A stretch of 64,000 nt of DNA from Carpediemonas membranifera BICM (taxonomy: Eukaryota > Protista > Fornicata): positions 5,541 to 69,540 of the forward strand of contig JAHDYR010000047.1 of assembly GCA_019828565.1 (NCBI GenBank). The letters run 5' to 3'. The notes beneath the pieces were generated by a model, which saw only the letters and a program-made list of their open reading frames with translations, made no database searches and was not told the origin of the DNA. Within the stretch, counting starts at the first letter, position 1, and each line of letters begins with the position of its first letter. The translations under genes and the position numbers were made by a program. This document shows, piece after piece, positions 8,823-20,234 of the stretch.

Positions 8823-10599
8823 CCGCCTTCCCGTGGCTGACCCGCAGTCAAGTAGGCATCTAGCGCCTCCAGCCGAGCCACCACGTAGTAGGGCTCCCAC
8901 GAGCTGGACCCGTCTGCCCACTCGACCCAGTACTCACGGCCCTGGACCTCGGAGTCCCGATGGTCCGTAATCCGGAGCACCATCAGCTCTGCAGCATCTC
9001 TCCCATTCAACTCCACTAACTGCTGTTCCGACAGTCGATCTGCTCGGAATGACTTCAGGCGGTCATTGTGAACGTCAATCTGCAAACTTGTGTCCTCCAG
9101 GCTCTGCAACTTGCATCCATGCTCCATTACCCCCAGAACCTTGTACGGTCCCTTCCATGTCGGCAATAGCTTCGCTGTTCGCACTCCTGGTAGTACCATG
9201 ACTAGTTGTCCCACTGTCCAGGACGGCACTGTCCAACCCTGCATGCGCCGCTCACGTTGGGCCAACAAACGCTGCTGTACCTCATTGGCTTGCTTCCGAA
9301 CGTCCCGTATGAATAGTTGCTGCTCCTGATCCGCCTCCTCTACGTCCAGTTGGATCTTCGCCTCCACCGCCCTTGGCATAGTGCCATGCGGCTCTGGGCC
9401 GAACATGCCTTGCATAATAGCTGCGGCTGTCGTCCCTGTGGCGCTACAGAACTCAGTATTCAGGTGTCGCTGGACTATGGGGATATACTTGTGCCACTGC
9501 TCAGGCTCGCCCCAATCCAACACCATACCCCGCAACCGTGATAATACCCTGCGATTCGCCCGCTCACACCCTCCGTTCCCAGGGGGATGGTACGGGAATG
9601 TCGTCGTCTGGCCAGAGCCGAAACGTTGCAGGATCTCCTTGATAGTCTCGTTGAGGAACTCCGTCCCTTGATCGGAATGCAGAGTCTTCATGGGTCCGTG
9701 ACGCGCAATCCACCATGTTACAGCCTCTGCTGCTGACTCCGCTGTCTTGTCCTTGGTCGGGAAGATCTCCAGCCACCGGGAGAATAGGTCCACCATTACG
9801 AACACGTACTTGTGACCCTCCTCGCTCTCCGGCGTCACCTTCATAGTATCGATTGCTACCTTCTGCATCGGGCCGTCAACCATCTCTGTGCCCATCTTCA
9901 ACTTCACAGTATCGACCGAGGCAAGCTTCTGACAGGTACAGGTCGAGACAAACATCTGCACCTGGTCCCACATTCCCTTCCAGTGGTACCCCTTGTGCTT
10001 AAGCGTGTGGTACGTCGACAGACGCCCCAGGTGTTCGCCCTCGCCCTGGTGTGCCCATGTGATCAGTTGCACCTTGTCATCCTCCGTCAGCTCGCCCCGC
10101 TCATCTCTCGGCGCCGCTCGGCGTCGGCCTGTGCCTCGCGAGAGTGATCCTCTCTGGGTTCCTCGACTTCGACTTCTTCCTCCGCGCTATCCTGCACTGG
10201 TGAGTCTTCGTCGTCGCTCGCTATCTGGTAAAACTCATCGTCCATCAGTCGCTGCGGTGGTCTACGGGTCCTAGCGGGCCTATCGCTCCTTACTTGCTGT
10301 ACAAATGCCCGTGACAGCGCATCCGCCACTACATTCTTCTCTCCAGCAACGTGAACCACGTTGAAACTGAATTCCTGCAGCAGTAGCTTCCAGCGTTGCA
10401 CCTTCTGACTCGCGGCCTTCCGCTCCATATATAGCAAGTTCCGATGGTCCGTCTCTAGGCGGAAAGGATAGCCCTGTAGGTACATTCTCCAGCGCCGCAC
10501 GCACTCAACGATAGCACAGCACTCTTTCTCACCCACAGTCCATCGTGTCTCTGCCCCTCTGAACGCCCGGCTATAGACAGCGACTGGTTCCTCGCCCTT
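8813..10599 (-). CDS. Gypsy A pol 3' part: RNase H, integrase, chromodomain (frameshift near 10090)
   Basis: EKEC..LETDHRNL..NVVADALSR; H..H..C..C zinc finger; VAIDT, HSDQGTEF, YHPPGNGGCERAN; GPY; chromodomain EYWVEW..SWEP. Confidence 0.9.
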
Positions 10600-10721
10600 T
10601 GTTGTGGGTCCTACCCAAAGTTACACAGATTTACGTTATATTTAATAGTCAAGGAGTTTCTCCTCGACACCCTTGTGTCGAGTCTTCTCCTCAGTAAAAG
10701 TTCAACACCCATTGAACCACA
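10600..10721 (+). repeat. 5' LTR of Gypsy B (122 bp)
   Basis: Identical to 16426-16547. Confidence 0.95.
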
Positions 10722-10742
10722 GTACTAGTACTACCAAAACAT

Positions 10743-13700
10743 ATGGGTACGGAAACTTACAGAAGCCTGAAGAAGAATCCGCCTCTCCTGAAGAAGTCCT
10801 CCATGGACGCTCTTTTGGACTTTGCGGATAACCTCCACGATCATCGCGCCTTAGGCGGCCGCGATGATGTTATTGACCTCATCGAGCCTAGCATAGCAGA
10901 GCTAGCAGGCCTTAACGACGACGAAGAGGTTGAAGACACTCCTCTCCTGCTCTCCGCGAAGCTCCGTAAGAAACGTCGTGTCGCAGCCCAAGATGAACGA
11001 GTCCTCAAGCGCCTCGGTGCTGCCCTTCGACCTTCTCGCCCGAGCATGCGTCTACAGCTCTTCCGAGTCCCCGCCAAGTCCTTCGAGCCTGATGAGGTTG
11101 CTCGAGTGAACCGCCGATTCAATCTGCTCTTGAAGCTCGTTCAACCCGAAGATCCCGAGGACGTCTTGAAGGAGACGTACAGCCGCTGCTTCAAGTTCCC
11201 CAACAACAGTCGCATCATGTATCGAGTCAGAGAATCAACGGAGCGCAAGGATCTCAAGGACGCAATGGCTGATGTCCTCGTCATGTCACGCGACCTCAAG
11301 GAGTCCAAGGAGATGATCGCTTCCTTCGGCGCTGCGGGGGTCTCCGACTCACAGCGTACCAACACCACGCCCTCCCATACACGGCACACGGGGAGCGGTC
11401 CGAAGAACCCTCATCGACGCGAGCCTGACCGCACGAACGTAGCCCCCTCAAAAGGCAAGCCGATCGACAAGCCCAAGCACGAGAAGAAGCCATTCGTGTG
11501 CTTCAACTGCGGTAAGGTCGGTCACTCCGCTCGCCGATGCCCTGCTCCGAAGACAACCTGTTCCAAGTGCCAGAAGCCGGGCCACCGAGCTGAATTCTGC
11601 CGTTCTGAGGTAAATTCAGCTCGTTGTGTGTTTTCTCTCGGTTCCCGTCAGAGTGTCCTCCCCTCCGTCAAGGCTAGCATTCTTAAGCAAGTCGTGTCCG
11701 TCCTGTTCGACTCGGGCGCTGACTGCGCAACCATTGACCCCAAGCTCTGCCACGGCAAGGCAGTGAAGTGGATCTCACACGAGAAGACACTTATCGAGAC
11801 AGTGGGCGGCGTCAGAGAGGCCGATGGTCAGGTATCCTTCCGCCTCGTCTTAGCGCCCTCGCCATTCACTCCGCGCGGATGCTCTATCACTATTAAGGCC
11901 TACGTCCTGTCGACCGCTTTCGATGTATGCCTGGGTTACCCTCAGATGGTGGAGATCGGCCTTCTCCCTTCGTTGTCTGAGCCTACCAGCGAGCTCGCAG
12001 CCAGCGACGAACCACCTACATTCGAGAAGTACGTCGCGCAAGCCAGAGCCATGTCCTCTTCCTTTTCTCAGAGGCAGGCCGACATCCTCAAGCGTTACGC
12101 CCGGACATTCGTGGACCGTACCGAGCCAAGCCGGCTCGAACCGTATGATTTGGTCCTCAAGGGCGACAGAGTCGTACACATTCGGCCGTACTATGTTCCC
12201 CCCGCCGAAAGTCCCGATCATTCAAGAGCACATTAATACGCTCCTGGCAAAGCGCTACATCGAGGCATGCCAGTCTCAATACGCGAGCCCTACCATCATA
12301 GTTCCAAAGAAGGGGGGAAAGACGCGTTTTGTCGTCGACTTCCGCGAGATCAATCAACTAACGGAACCATTCGACTACCCCATCCCTCGCATAGACGAAG
12401 TTCTCACTCAACTGTCCGGAAAGTCTGTGTTCGCTACCCTAGACTTGTCAGCAGGATACCATCAGATCCCTCTTTCTGAACGGTGCCGTCACCTAACCGC
12501 CTTCCGTACTGTTTTTGGTCAATACCAATATACACGGATGCCCTTCGGCTTACGTAACGCCGGAGCGTACTTCCAGAGGGCGATGGAAGACGGGTTCAAG
12601 GGTCTGGTGGGCTCCGCCTGTGTCATATACATTGATGACATCATCGTCATGGGTGCGGATGAGGACGAGTACCTGGGAAACCTCGAAAAAGTCATGCAAC
12701 GCGTTGACAAGCTTAACCTTCAGCTCGGCCGAGATAAGTGCCAGTTCGGTCGGCAAGAGGTCGAGTTCCTCGGGTGGATCATATCCCAAGGCAGCGTGAA
12801 GATCTCACCCCAGCGGACCGAAGATATCGCGAACCTCAAGCTGTCTTCATCCACGAAGGGCATGCAGGGTCTCAACGGATTCCTCAACTATTTCCGCGAT
12901 TACATACCCAACTTCGCGGTCCGAGCTAAGCCTCTGCTAGACGCCATGTCCGGTCGGCAGACCCCCTCGAGACGTTCTTCAGAAGTCGCTGGACGATCTG
13001 AAACAAGCTTTATGTTCGGCCGACGCTCTAGCCATGTTCGACGCGACTAAGCCTCACACTGTCATGACTGACGCATCCGATGTCGGGTACGGAGCAGTCT
13101 TACTCCAAGAGGGCCGACCAGTTTGCTATATGTCGCGTGCGTTCAACGACGTCCAGTCACGCTGGTGTACCGGTGAGAAAGAAGCCTACGCTATCGTCGC
13201 AGCGTTACAACGATGGCGCAAGTTCCTGTGCTGGGAGAGCTTTACTATTCTCACGGATCACCGGAACCTACTCTATATGTACCGGTTCACCAACGCCAAG
13301 GTCCGCCGGTGGGCTGATTCGATCGCCGATTTAGATTTCACCCTACAGCACATCGCCGGTCTGGACAACGGTGGAGCCGACGGTCTCTCGAGAGTATTCT
13401 CCATGCAACAGGCGTCGAGGGATCAGGTATCCCGCGCTCATCTCACAGCAGGAGCTCATCTGTCTCGCCGGATGACAACCGAGCAACTTAGGGCCGACGG
13501 TTTGTCTGTCTCCCCGTCAAGTCGTAGACGACGTGATTACCGCGTGTCCAGAGTGCCAAGTCTTGGCCCGCCCTCCTGTTGATACGCCCGACGGCCTGCA
13601 TACAGCTGTAGACCTCCCGTTCCGGCGTGTGGCCATTGACACCATGGGTCCGCTACCGACGGTCAACGGCCTGTCCTACGTGACAGTAATGATCGACATG

Positions 13701-14682
13701 TGCTCCCGCTGGACAGAGCTAGTCCCGGTCAACAGCACCTCAGCCAAAGACGCAGCCAACGCATTGGTCAACACCTGGATTCTACGATACGGATGCCCCG
13801 AAGTCGTCCAATCGGATGGGGGCTCAGAGTTCAAAAACGCTCTGTTCAAACGCCTCTCCGAAGAGATGGGGTTCGACGTCCACATAACGACAGCATACCA
13901 TCCCCAGAGCAACGGTGTCGTCGAACGCGCGAACAAGGAGGTCGAACGCATCCTCAGAGCCAGGAAGCTGGAGTTAAGGAATAACGATTGGGTAGCACAC
14001 CTACCAGTCGCCCAATTCTTGGTCAACTCAATGCCCAGGATCCCGACCCGGTTGACTCCGGCCGAGATCATGTTTGGCGCCAATTTATCAATACCGTCAT
14101 CGATCTATATCACGGATGCCGCCTCGGCTGGTCCGCCACAGTCGAAGCTAGCCGCAGCCGATGCCGCCATCCAACTCGCCAAAGCAAGGATTAGAGCCAT
14201 GCGCGAAGACGCTCTCGCAAAGGCAACCTCATCGAGAAGCGAGATATTGAGCCGTTTCGTGCTGGTCAAATACTACCCAAGACCACCGAGCAAGCTAGCC
14301 CCCGGGCTGGCGCGGCCCCATGAGGCGTGTCGCAGCCGTCAAACGTGATGGTGTTGTCGTCGCATATGAGGTCCAAGACCTCAGTCAGTCAGCGGACGGT
14401 CCAACTATCAAGGTAGACGCGGCACGTGTGCGAAGATTTGACCCAGGCAAGCTCTCGGAGCAACAGATCTATGACCTCGCAGCCGCTTCCGTCGATGAGT
14501 GGCATGTCGAGCGCATCTCACGCTCTAGAGGCTCGGGCCCCAAGTCAAGGCGCGAGTACCTCGTACACTGGGTCGGATTCGAGGATTCAGAGGCTTCATT
14601 CGAACCTTATTCGCACGTCAAAGATTTGGAAGCCCTCGATACATATTTGAAGTCTGACCAAGCCAAGCGTGACGGTCTGTAA
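10743..14682 (+). CDS. Gypsy B gag-pol (several frameshifts)
   Basis: Two CCHC knuckles, protease LFDSGA, RT YIDDII, RNase H TDAS..TDHRNL, integrase IDT/QSDGGSEF/YHPQSNGVVERAN, chromodomain EYLVHWVG..SFEP. Confidence 0.92.
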
Positions 14683-14724
14683 AACTTCTCAACATCGAAG
14701 CTGTATCCTCGAGGAACAAACGAT

Positions 14725-15561
14725 TTATTCAGAGCTAGATTCCTCGTCTTCCGTCTCCTCCGTGTCCGTCAGCTCGACCAACCAAGTCGGGTCAGCGTGG
14801 CGCTCAAGGGCGTTCTCAGCCAAGTACTCTCGCACACACCGGACAAGGCAGAGATCAGCGTTGAGGGACACGATGCTGAGTCCCGAGTATCCGTCATACT
14901 GCAGGATCAACACAAAAGACCCGGGACCACAAGTCGTCTTCAGATACTCGTGACGGACTACGCACGTGACAGTGTAGTAGCGGTCCGGATCAGAGACCTG
15001 AAGCGGCTCCCAGTGAGCCTCATCGCCAATGGCGGGCAGGTAGCCGTCGTGGCACAAGCGGCTGACCAGGGTTGCCCAGAAGTCGTTGGGAGCCGGGATG
15101 CGCCGGCTGATGCCGTAGACAGCGACACGGAAGTAGTCCGGTGCGAGGACGAGGACCAACAGGCGGTTAAGATATCCGCGCGCTGTAGTGTCCGACTTGA
15201 CCCCGCCGGCAGTCCGCACAGCCGCCACGAGAGCTGCAGAGTAGTGACCATTACCGGGTGAAGACCCACCCAGCGTGATGTCGCGGCCCCGGATCGCGGC
15301 CGACACGATGTCGCCATCGGTCAAGCGCTTCTTGCCGAGCTTGAGGTGGGCCCTCACACCGGCAAGCGCGACCTGGCAGTGAGCCACGAGAGCCAAGACC
15401 TGCTGGGTCAGCTTCACGTCCTGCACTACGGCTGCGTCGTTCAGACGACCTTGCTCAATAGCGTCAAAGATTCGCTGGAGCGGCAGCTCGATGGAGTTGG
15501 TGTAACCTTCCAGGCGTCGGGCAACCTCGGCCTTGATGTCGTGGGGCATCAGAGTCGTCAT
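14725..15561 (-). CDS. Extra antisense ORF of unknown function inside Gypsy B
   Basis: About 278 codons from ATG, lies between pol and the 3' LTR, acidic tail, no recognised motif. Confidence 0.65.
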   Translation of the reverse strand: MTTLMPHDIKAEVARRLEGYTNSIELPLQRIFDAIEQGRLNDAAVVQDVKLTQQVLALVAHCQVALAGVRAHLKLGKKRLTDGDIVSAAIRGRDITLGGSSPGNGHYSAALVAAVRTAGGVKSDTTARGYLNRLLVLVLAPDYFRVAVYGISRRIPAPNDFWATLVSRLCHDGYLPAIGDEAHWEPLQVSDPDRYYTVTCVVRHEYLKTTCGPGSFVLILQYDGYSGLSIVSLNADLCLVRCVREYLAENALERHADPTWLVELTDTEETEDEESSSE

Positions 15562-16425
15562 CGTCAGGGTGCGAGTGATGCGTTCTGAGGCTTGCACGCG
15601 GTGACTATATAACCTCACGGTTGATGTTTGTTACTTACAGATTGTCGGTGACCATGCGCTTGCGTCCACGATACTTCTGAGCGCGAAGGGAACGACAAAC
15701 GGACGTATGGGCAACAATAAGTGGCCTAGCCAGATCGTCATCACCAAGTTCGGTGATTTTTGGCACGAATTTCCTTCAGAACGGCCTCTACGGCTGTGTT
15801 GTCCGACATCAAATGAGTTGACGGCGACATATCCTGCACATTTCTCGGAAACGGTCGAAGGAACAACTAACAAGGTCATCTTAGTCTTCAAGCATGCATT
15901 TATTGTCGGTAATAAGGCATTAGGAGCTTCCTAGTGCTCCTTCCGGTCAGTTTGATGTTGTTATTCAAGTACAGTTGGACGCAGAAAATTAGAAGCCTCA
16001 GAACTCCTCAACGGAGCCGAATTGGAGCTTCTAAGTACGTTTTTCGGCGTCTGTGTGATTATGAGCGATAAGGGCTCAGCATTGGCAGTGTTTGCTAGAG
16101 CAATCGTTCTTGGCCTTCGAATTACATGGAATGGCATATAACACGTATAAGGTTTGTGAAGACGGCCTAGGAAGGCCGTGGAGGGGCAGTGGTAAGCCTC
16201 TCCGTCACGTTTCACCATTTTTGAAACAGAGCTCACATAGCGGTACCGCAGTTAGATCATGATACCATCATTTTGATTTCGTTCAGCTAGATGCGAAAGC
16301 ACTCAGGCCATGGGGTTGCCAGCCCTATGAGTCACCGTTGGCGGTCGGGTGGCACCGTCCAGGCCTTTGGTGAAATGCTGACGTCAAGTCTCTCTGTCAT
16401 GCCTATACCAGGCATGGAGGGGCAG

Positions 16426-16547
16426 TGTTGTGGGTCCTACCCAAAGTTACACAGATTTACGTTATATTTAATAGTCAAGGAGTTTCTCCTCGACACCCTT
16501 GTGTCGAGTCTTCTCCTCAGTAAAAGTTCAACACCCATTGAACCACA
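16426..16547 (+). repeat. 3' LTR of Gypsy B
   Basis: Preceded by the PPT; identical to the 5' LTR. Confidence 0.95.
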
Positions 16548-19003
16548 CCTTGTCCGTCTCCATGCATAGAATCCCTCCCAGACCGATGTCCGACGCGTCT
16601 GTTCTGACTATCAACGGCTTCTTATAGTCGATGTGTGTCAGCTTCAGGTGGTCCGCGATCGCTCTCTTCACATCGCTGAACGCGGCTTGCCTCTCGTCTG
16701 TCCAGGCCGTCTGTCGGTCCTTGAGTGCGTCATTCAGTGGGGCCAAATGCATCGCTAGGTCGGGGGTGAACCCCCTGAACCAGTTCGCCAAGCCAATAAA
16801 CCTCCGCAGCTGCTTCTGGGTGGTCGGCCGCTCGAACTCTTGCACTGCCCGAACCTTGTCGTCACTGATCCTGACACCGTCCTGGTCGACAATGTGTCCG
16901 AGGAACTCCACGCTCGACTGGGCAAACCTGCACTTCTCCAGGTTCGCGCGCAGCCCGTGCTTCTTGAGTCGGTCAAGCACAGTCCTGATTCGATCTCTCA
17001 TCTCTTCCCGTGAGTTCGCCATTATCAGGATGTCGTCAATATATACCAACACACCGGGAATTCCCTTGAGTACGTCGTCCATCGCCGTCTGAAAGAACGC
17101 AGGAGCATTCTTCAACCCGAACGGCAGTCTCTCGAACTCGAACAGGCCGAACGGCGTGATGAACGCCGTCTTCGCGCGGTCTTGCTCCCCGAACTGCGAA
17201 CTGATTATATCCCGATGTGAGGTCCAGTGTCGAGAACAGCTTTGCCCCCGCCAATTGGGCTAGTAGTCTCTTCACGTCCTTCACGGGCGCGGCCAGGGTC
17301 TTCGTTGCCGCATTCAGCCGGCGGTAGTCGACGCATAGTCGCCACGTGCCATTCTTCTTCTTAACCAATACGATAGGTGACGCGTAGCCGGACGTCGACC
17401 TCCGCACTATACCCTGCCTGAGCCACTCTTCCACCTGCTTCTGCGCCACCTCTTCCATCACGGGAGATAGCTGTCTCGCGGGTTCTCGAATCTCTTGTTC
17501 CGTCATTAGGTCGATCGGGTAAGGCGGCGCCTTTGCCGGCTCTGGCCCTAGCGGCCCGAACACCTCGCCGAACTCAGTCAGCATTGAGCTAAGCTGAGGG
17601 TCCTTCTCGGCCAGACTGTGCCGGAGTTCCGCATGTGCCTGCTGCACCCGGAACATCTCCTCCACTAGCTCGGCCTCTACTTCGCCCTCGTCCGCGTCGT
17701 CCGTGTCCTCTGCTAACAGGCCCAAGTCCTTGACCGTTTGGAACGGAATCAGCGTGTCTGTCACTCCGGCACACCCATACACGGTCACCCGTGCCTGCAC
17801 ATACGTGCCGAGCCCTCGGGCCTTCGATCGCCCGATCCATACCTCGCACGCATTGTCTGGTCTTCGTCCGTCTCCTGTGAAAGTCTGGATCACCAGGTCG
17901 TCCGGAGGGGTGACCTCTCGTGCCCCTGCGTGCACCCGTGCGGCGACCCAGGCTGGGCTCGCCACAGCAACGTTCGCCCGCGTGTCGGGGCCGACGCGCA
18001 TCCGCACCGCCGGCTTCTTCGGATTCACGCGAACATCCATAACCAACTCCCACGTGTGTGCGTACTTCTCAGCCTTTACAGACTGCACCTTCCACCGCGG
18101 GTGACCTTCGGGGATAGGGCCCCGGGTCAGTCGGCCGTACTGCTTCTTGTCCTTGTCGTACTCCCGGTACCAGCCGTGGAGCAGCTCCGCATCCTTAGCC
18201 TGGCAGCGGCCAACCTTGTGACCCACTCCGCCACAAGCATAACACTTGAACCTGGCCTCCCGTACACTCGCGCCTTGAGACGATGTCTGAGCCTCCTTCC
18301 GCTCAACCGGCTCATCTTGCCGGGTCTTGGCCTTCTTTCCCGGTCGGGTGACCAGGCCAGTGCGAAGCGCCTTCGCGATGCACTCATCGTAGTCCTCGGC
18401 GAGTTCCGCTGCCCGGGCCTGAACCTTCTCGAGGGTATCGTCGCTGACACCCTCCCTCTTCAGGTCCTCTGCGAGTGCTGTGTTCTGGATCAGCTTGCGG
18501 TACGTGCGGATAGTCTCCTTCGGCTTGGGCGTCGCCGACTCGGTCACGTACTCGAGGAACTGATTCACACGAGCGTTGACCAGCGAGACGCGTTCCTTAA
18601 GAGAGTCTCCCTTGTACGAGACCTCCACCTGCGCCATCTTGGTAAGCGTGTCCGCCGCGTCCACGGGCGACACGATGTTGGTCAGAGCGGTACGTAACTG
18701 GTCCTCCGTATCGACCGGGCCGCTCCTTCCCTTCAGCTCTGCCTCAACAGGCGCCACGAGTTGGGTCATCTTCCTGGTCCCACCAGCAGACTTGTACTCT
18801 GTGAAACGCTTGAGGAACCACCGCACACTGGCCTCCTTGAGGTCCCGCAGTGTTGGCGCCTCTTGGACGCTGGCCTCGAGCTGCACGTTACCACTTTTGG
18901 CTTCAAGAGCCGCAGTGAGCTTCTCGATCATCTGCGCCTGTCGTTCCGATAGGGCCATGAGCTTCTCTAGGGTTCCGCTTGATTCATTGTTGTTGTTAGC
19001 CAT
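16548..19003 (-). CDS. Gypsy A gag-PR-RT (frameshift near 17190)
   Basis: CYACGGVGHKVGRC knuckle, ASPIVLVKKKNGTWRLCVDYRRLN, YIDDILI, VRTDASD. Confidence 0.9.
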
Positions 19004-19010
19004 TGATCAA

Positions 19011-19091
19011 TGTAGCTCTTCTAGGATCCTCAATGAACGAATGAACTGCTTTAACCTGCGGGGCAGACCCAACTATAAATATCACATTACA
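19011..19091 (-). repeat. 5' LTR of Gypsy A
   Basis: Identical to 8742-8822. Confidence 0.95.
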
Positions 19092-19180
19092 AACGAAACA
19101 CCTTAACCTTGGCACGGGCACGGTCGGCCCCACCACACCGTGGACGTTCGATTCCATACAGGAAAAATCCGATTTAAAAG

Positions 19181-19678
19181 CTAGTGCTCCTCAAAAATCA
19201 ATAAACTAAGTTGCCCATCCAGTGAGCTTCCCTCTAATGCGGTCAGCATCGCCCGGTACCTATACACACTGGGCCGGGGCTCGACCGGCTTGTACCGGCG
19301 GGGCGGCTCTGAAACATAAACTTTGGCGGGTTTGCTGTAACGGGGGGCGGGGTCGACTGGTCTGGCCGTCGGCTGTAGACCCCCGTCACTCATACGACTC
19401 CTATTCGAGTACAGCGACTGTGTCTCCGCCCCGGATGACCCCGTCGACTCTGATATGGTCGGTAGGGGGCCGAGTTTGGGCACCAGCATAGGTATGGCGG
19501 CACGGGGTGCGTTGAGCGCCGCTCGGGCGTGTACCTGGGCAGGCTGGGGTGCGACACTCGGCTCAAAAAGGCGGGGATCATCACAGTTGGCCTCGGGCAG
19601 GTCAACGACATAGTTGAGCCCCTTCTTCTTGAACCGGATAGTGCCCAGCATAGTCCTGTTCTGTGTGGGGCTGGACAC
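19181..19678 (-). CDS. Hypothetical Pro/Ser-rich protein
   Basis: ORF only. Confidence 0.45.
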   Translation of the reverse strand: MSSPTQNRTMLGTIRFKKKGLNYVVDLPEANCDDPRLFEPSVAPQPAQVHARAALNAPRAAIPMLVPKLGPLPTISESTGSSGAETQSLYSNRSRMSDGGLQPTARPVDPAPRYSKPAKVYVSEPPRRYKPVEPRPSVYRYRAMLTALEGSSLDGQLSLLIFEEH

Positions 19679-19726
19679 AAGCTCAGGCAGTGCACAACGA
19701 CTGGTGTCTTAAACTGCACCATTAAG

Positions 19727-20158
19727 ATGACGAATCCACAAGCACTCATGGACGCGGAGGATTGTATGCAGATTTTACCTGCAGAGATTGAATACTACGT
19801 TGAGTCCAAGCAGGAGTCCATTGCTCTGATGGAGACGGTCATAGCACAGCTAAAGGACCGGATATCCCTACAGGAGCAAGAAATTGAAGGCCTGGCCAAG
19901 GAGCGTGCTAATTTAGTGGATGAGAAAGCTCATATTGACAAGGAAATGAAAGCATTCATCCACAGCCAATCTCGCGAGGCCCACAGGAAGTATGAGGCTG
20001 AGATCAACCACATTGAAGCCGAATACGCAGCAACAGTATCGAGCAACAAGCTGCTCAGCTCGCGGAACATGACCAAGGTCGCCGACAAGGCCTCCCGTAT
20101 CCAGCAGACGACGGAGCGGGCCCGTCTGGTCGCGCAGGCCGTTGGGTGTGAGGCGTGA
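19727..20158 (+). CDS. Hypothetical coiled-coil protein
   Basis: Heptad-rich E/K/L sequence from MTNPQ. Confidence 0.6.
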   Translation: MTNPQALMDAEDCMQILPAEIEYYVESKQESIALMETVIAQLKDRISLQEQEIEGLAKERANLVDEKAHIDKEMKAFIHSQSREAHRKYEAEINHIEAEYAATVSSNKLLSSRNMTKVADKASRIQQTTERARLVAQAVGCEA

Positions 20159-20234
20159 GTGCCGAGTCAGCTGTACTATGATATGATTACTATATGATGA
20201 CTGAAGCGCTCGTGCTTATGACCATTTATTAAAA

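Larger units (their letters stand above)
10600..16547 (+). mobile_element. Complete Ty3/Gypsy chromovirus B nested in the RNase H of element A
   Basis: Identical 122-bp LTRs (10600-10721, 16426-16547), TSD CCTT, PPT GGAGGGGCAG. Excision restores ...METDK-GEEPVAVYSR... in element A. Confidence 0.95.
8742..19091 (-). mobile_element. Complete Ty3/Gypsy chromovirus A (interrupted by element B)
   Basis: Identical 81-bp LTRs (8742-8822, 19011-19091), TG..CA ends, TSD AACG, PPT GGGAAGGCGG, order gag-PR-RT-RH-IN-chromodomain. Confidence 0.95.

Noticed and set aside
10743-14682. Programmed ribosomal frameshifting in Gypsy B and other elements
   Set aside because: The shifts are numerous, often near C/G homopolymers and confined to repeats, while LTRs are identical and host genes intact. 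Unpolished long-read errors or decay are more likely.
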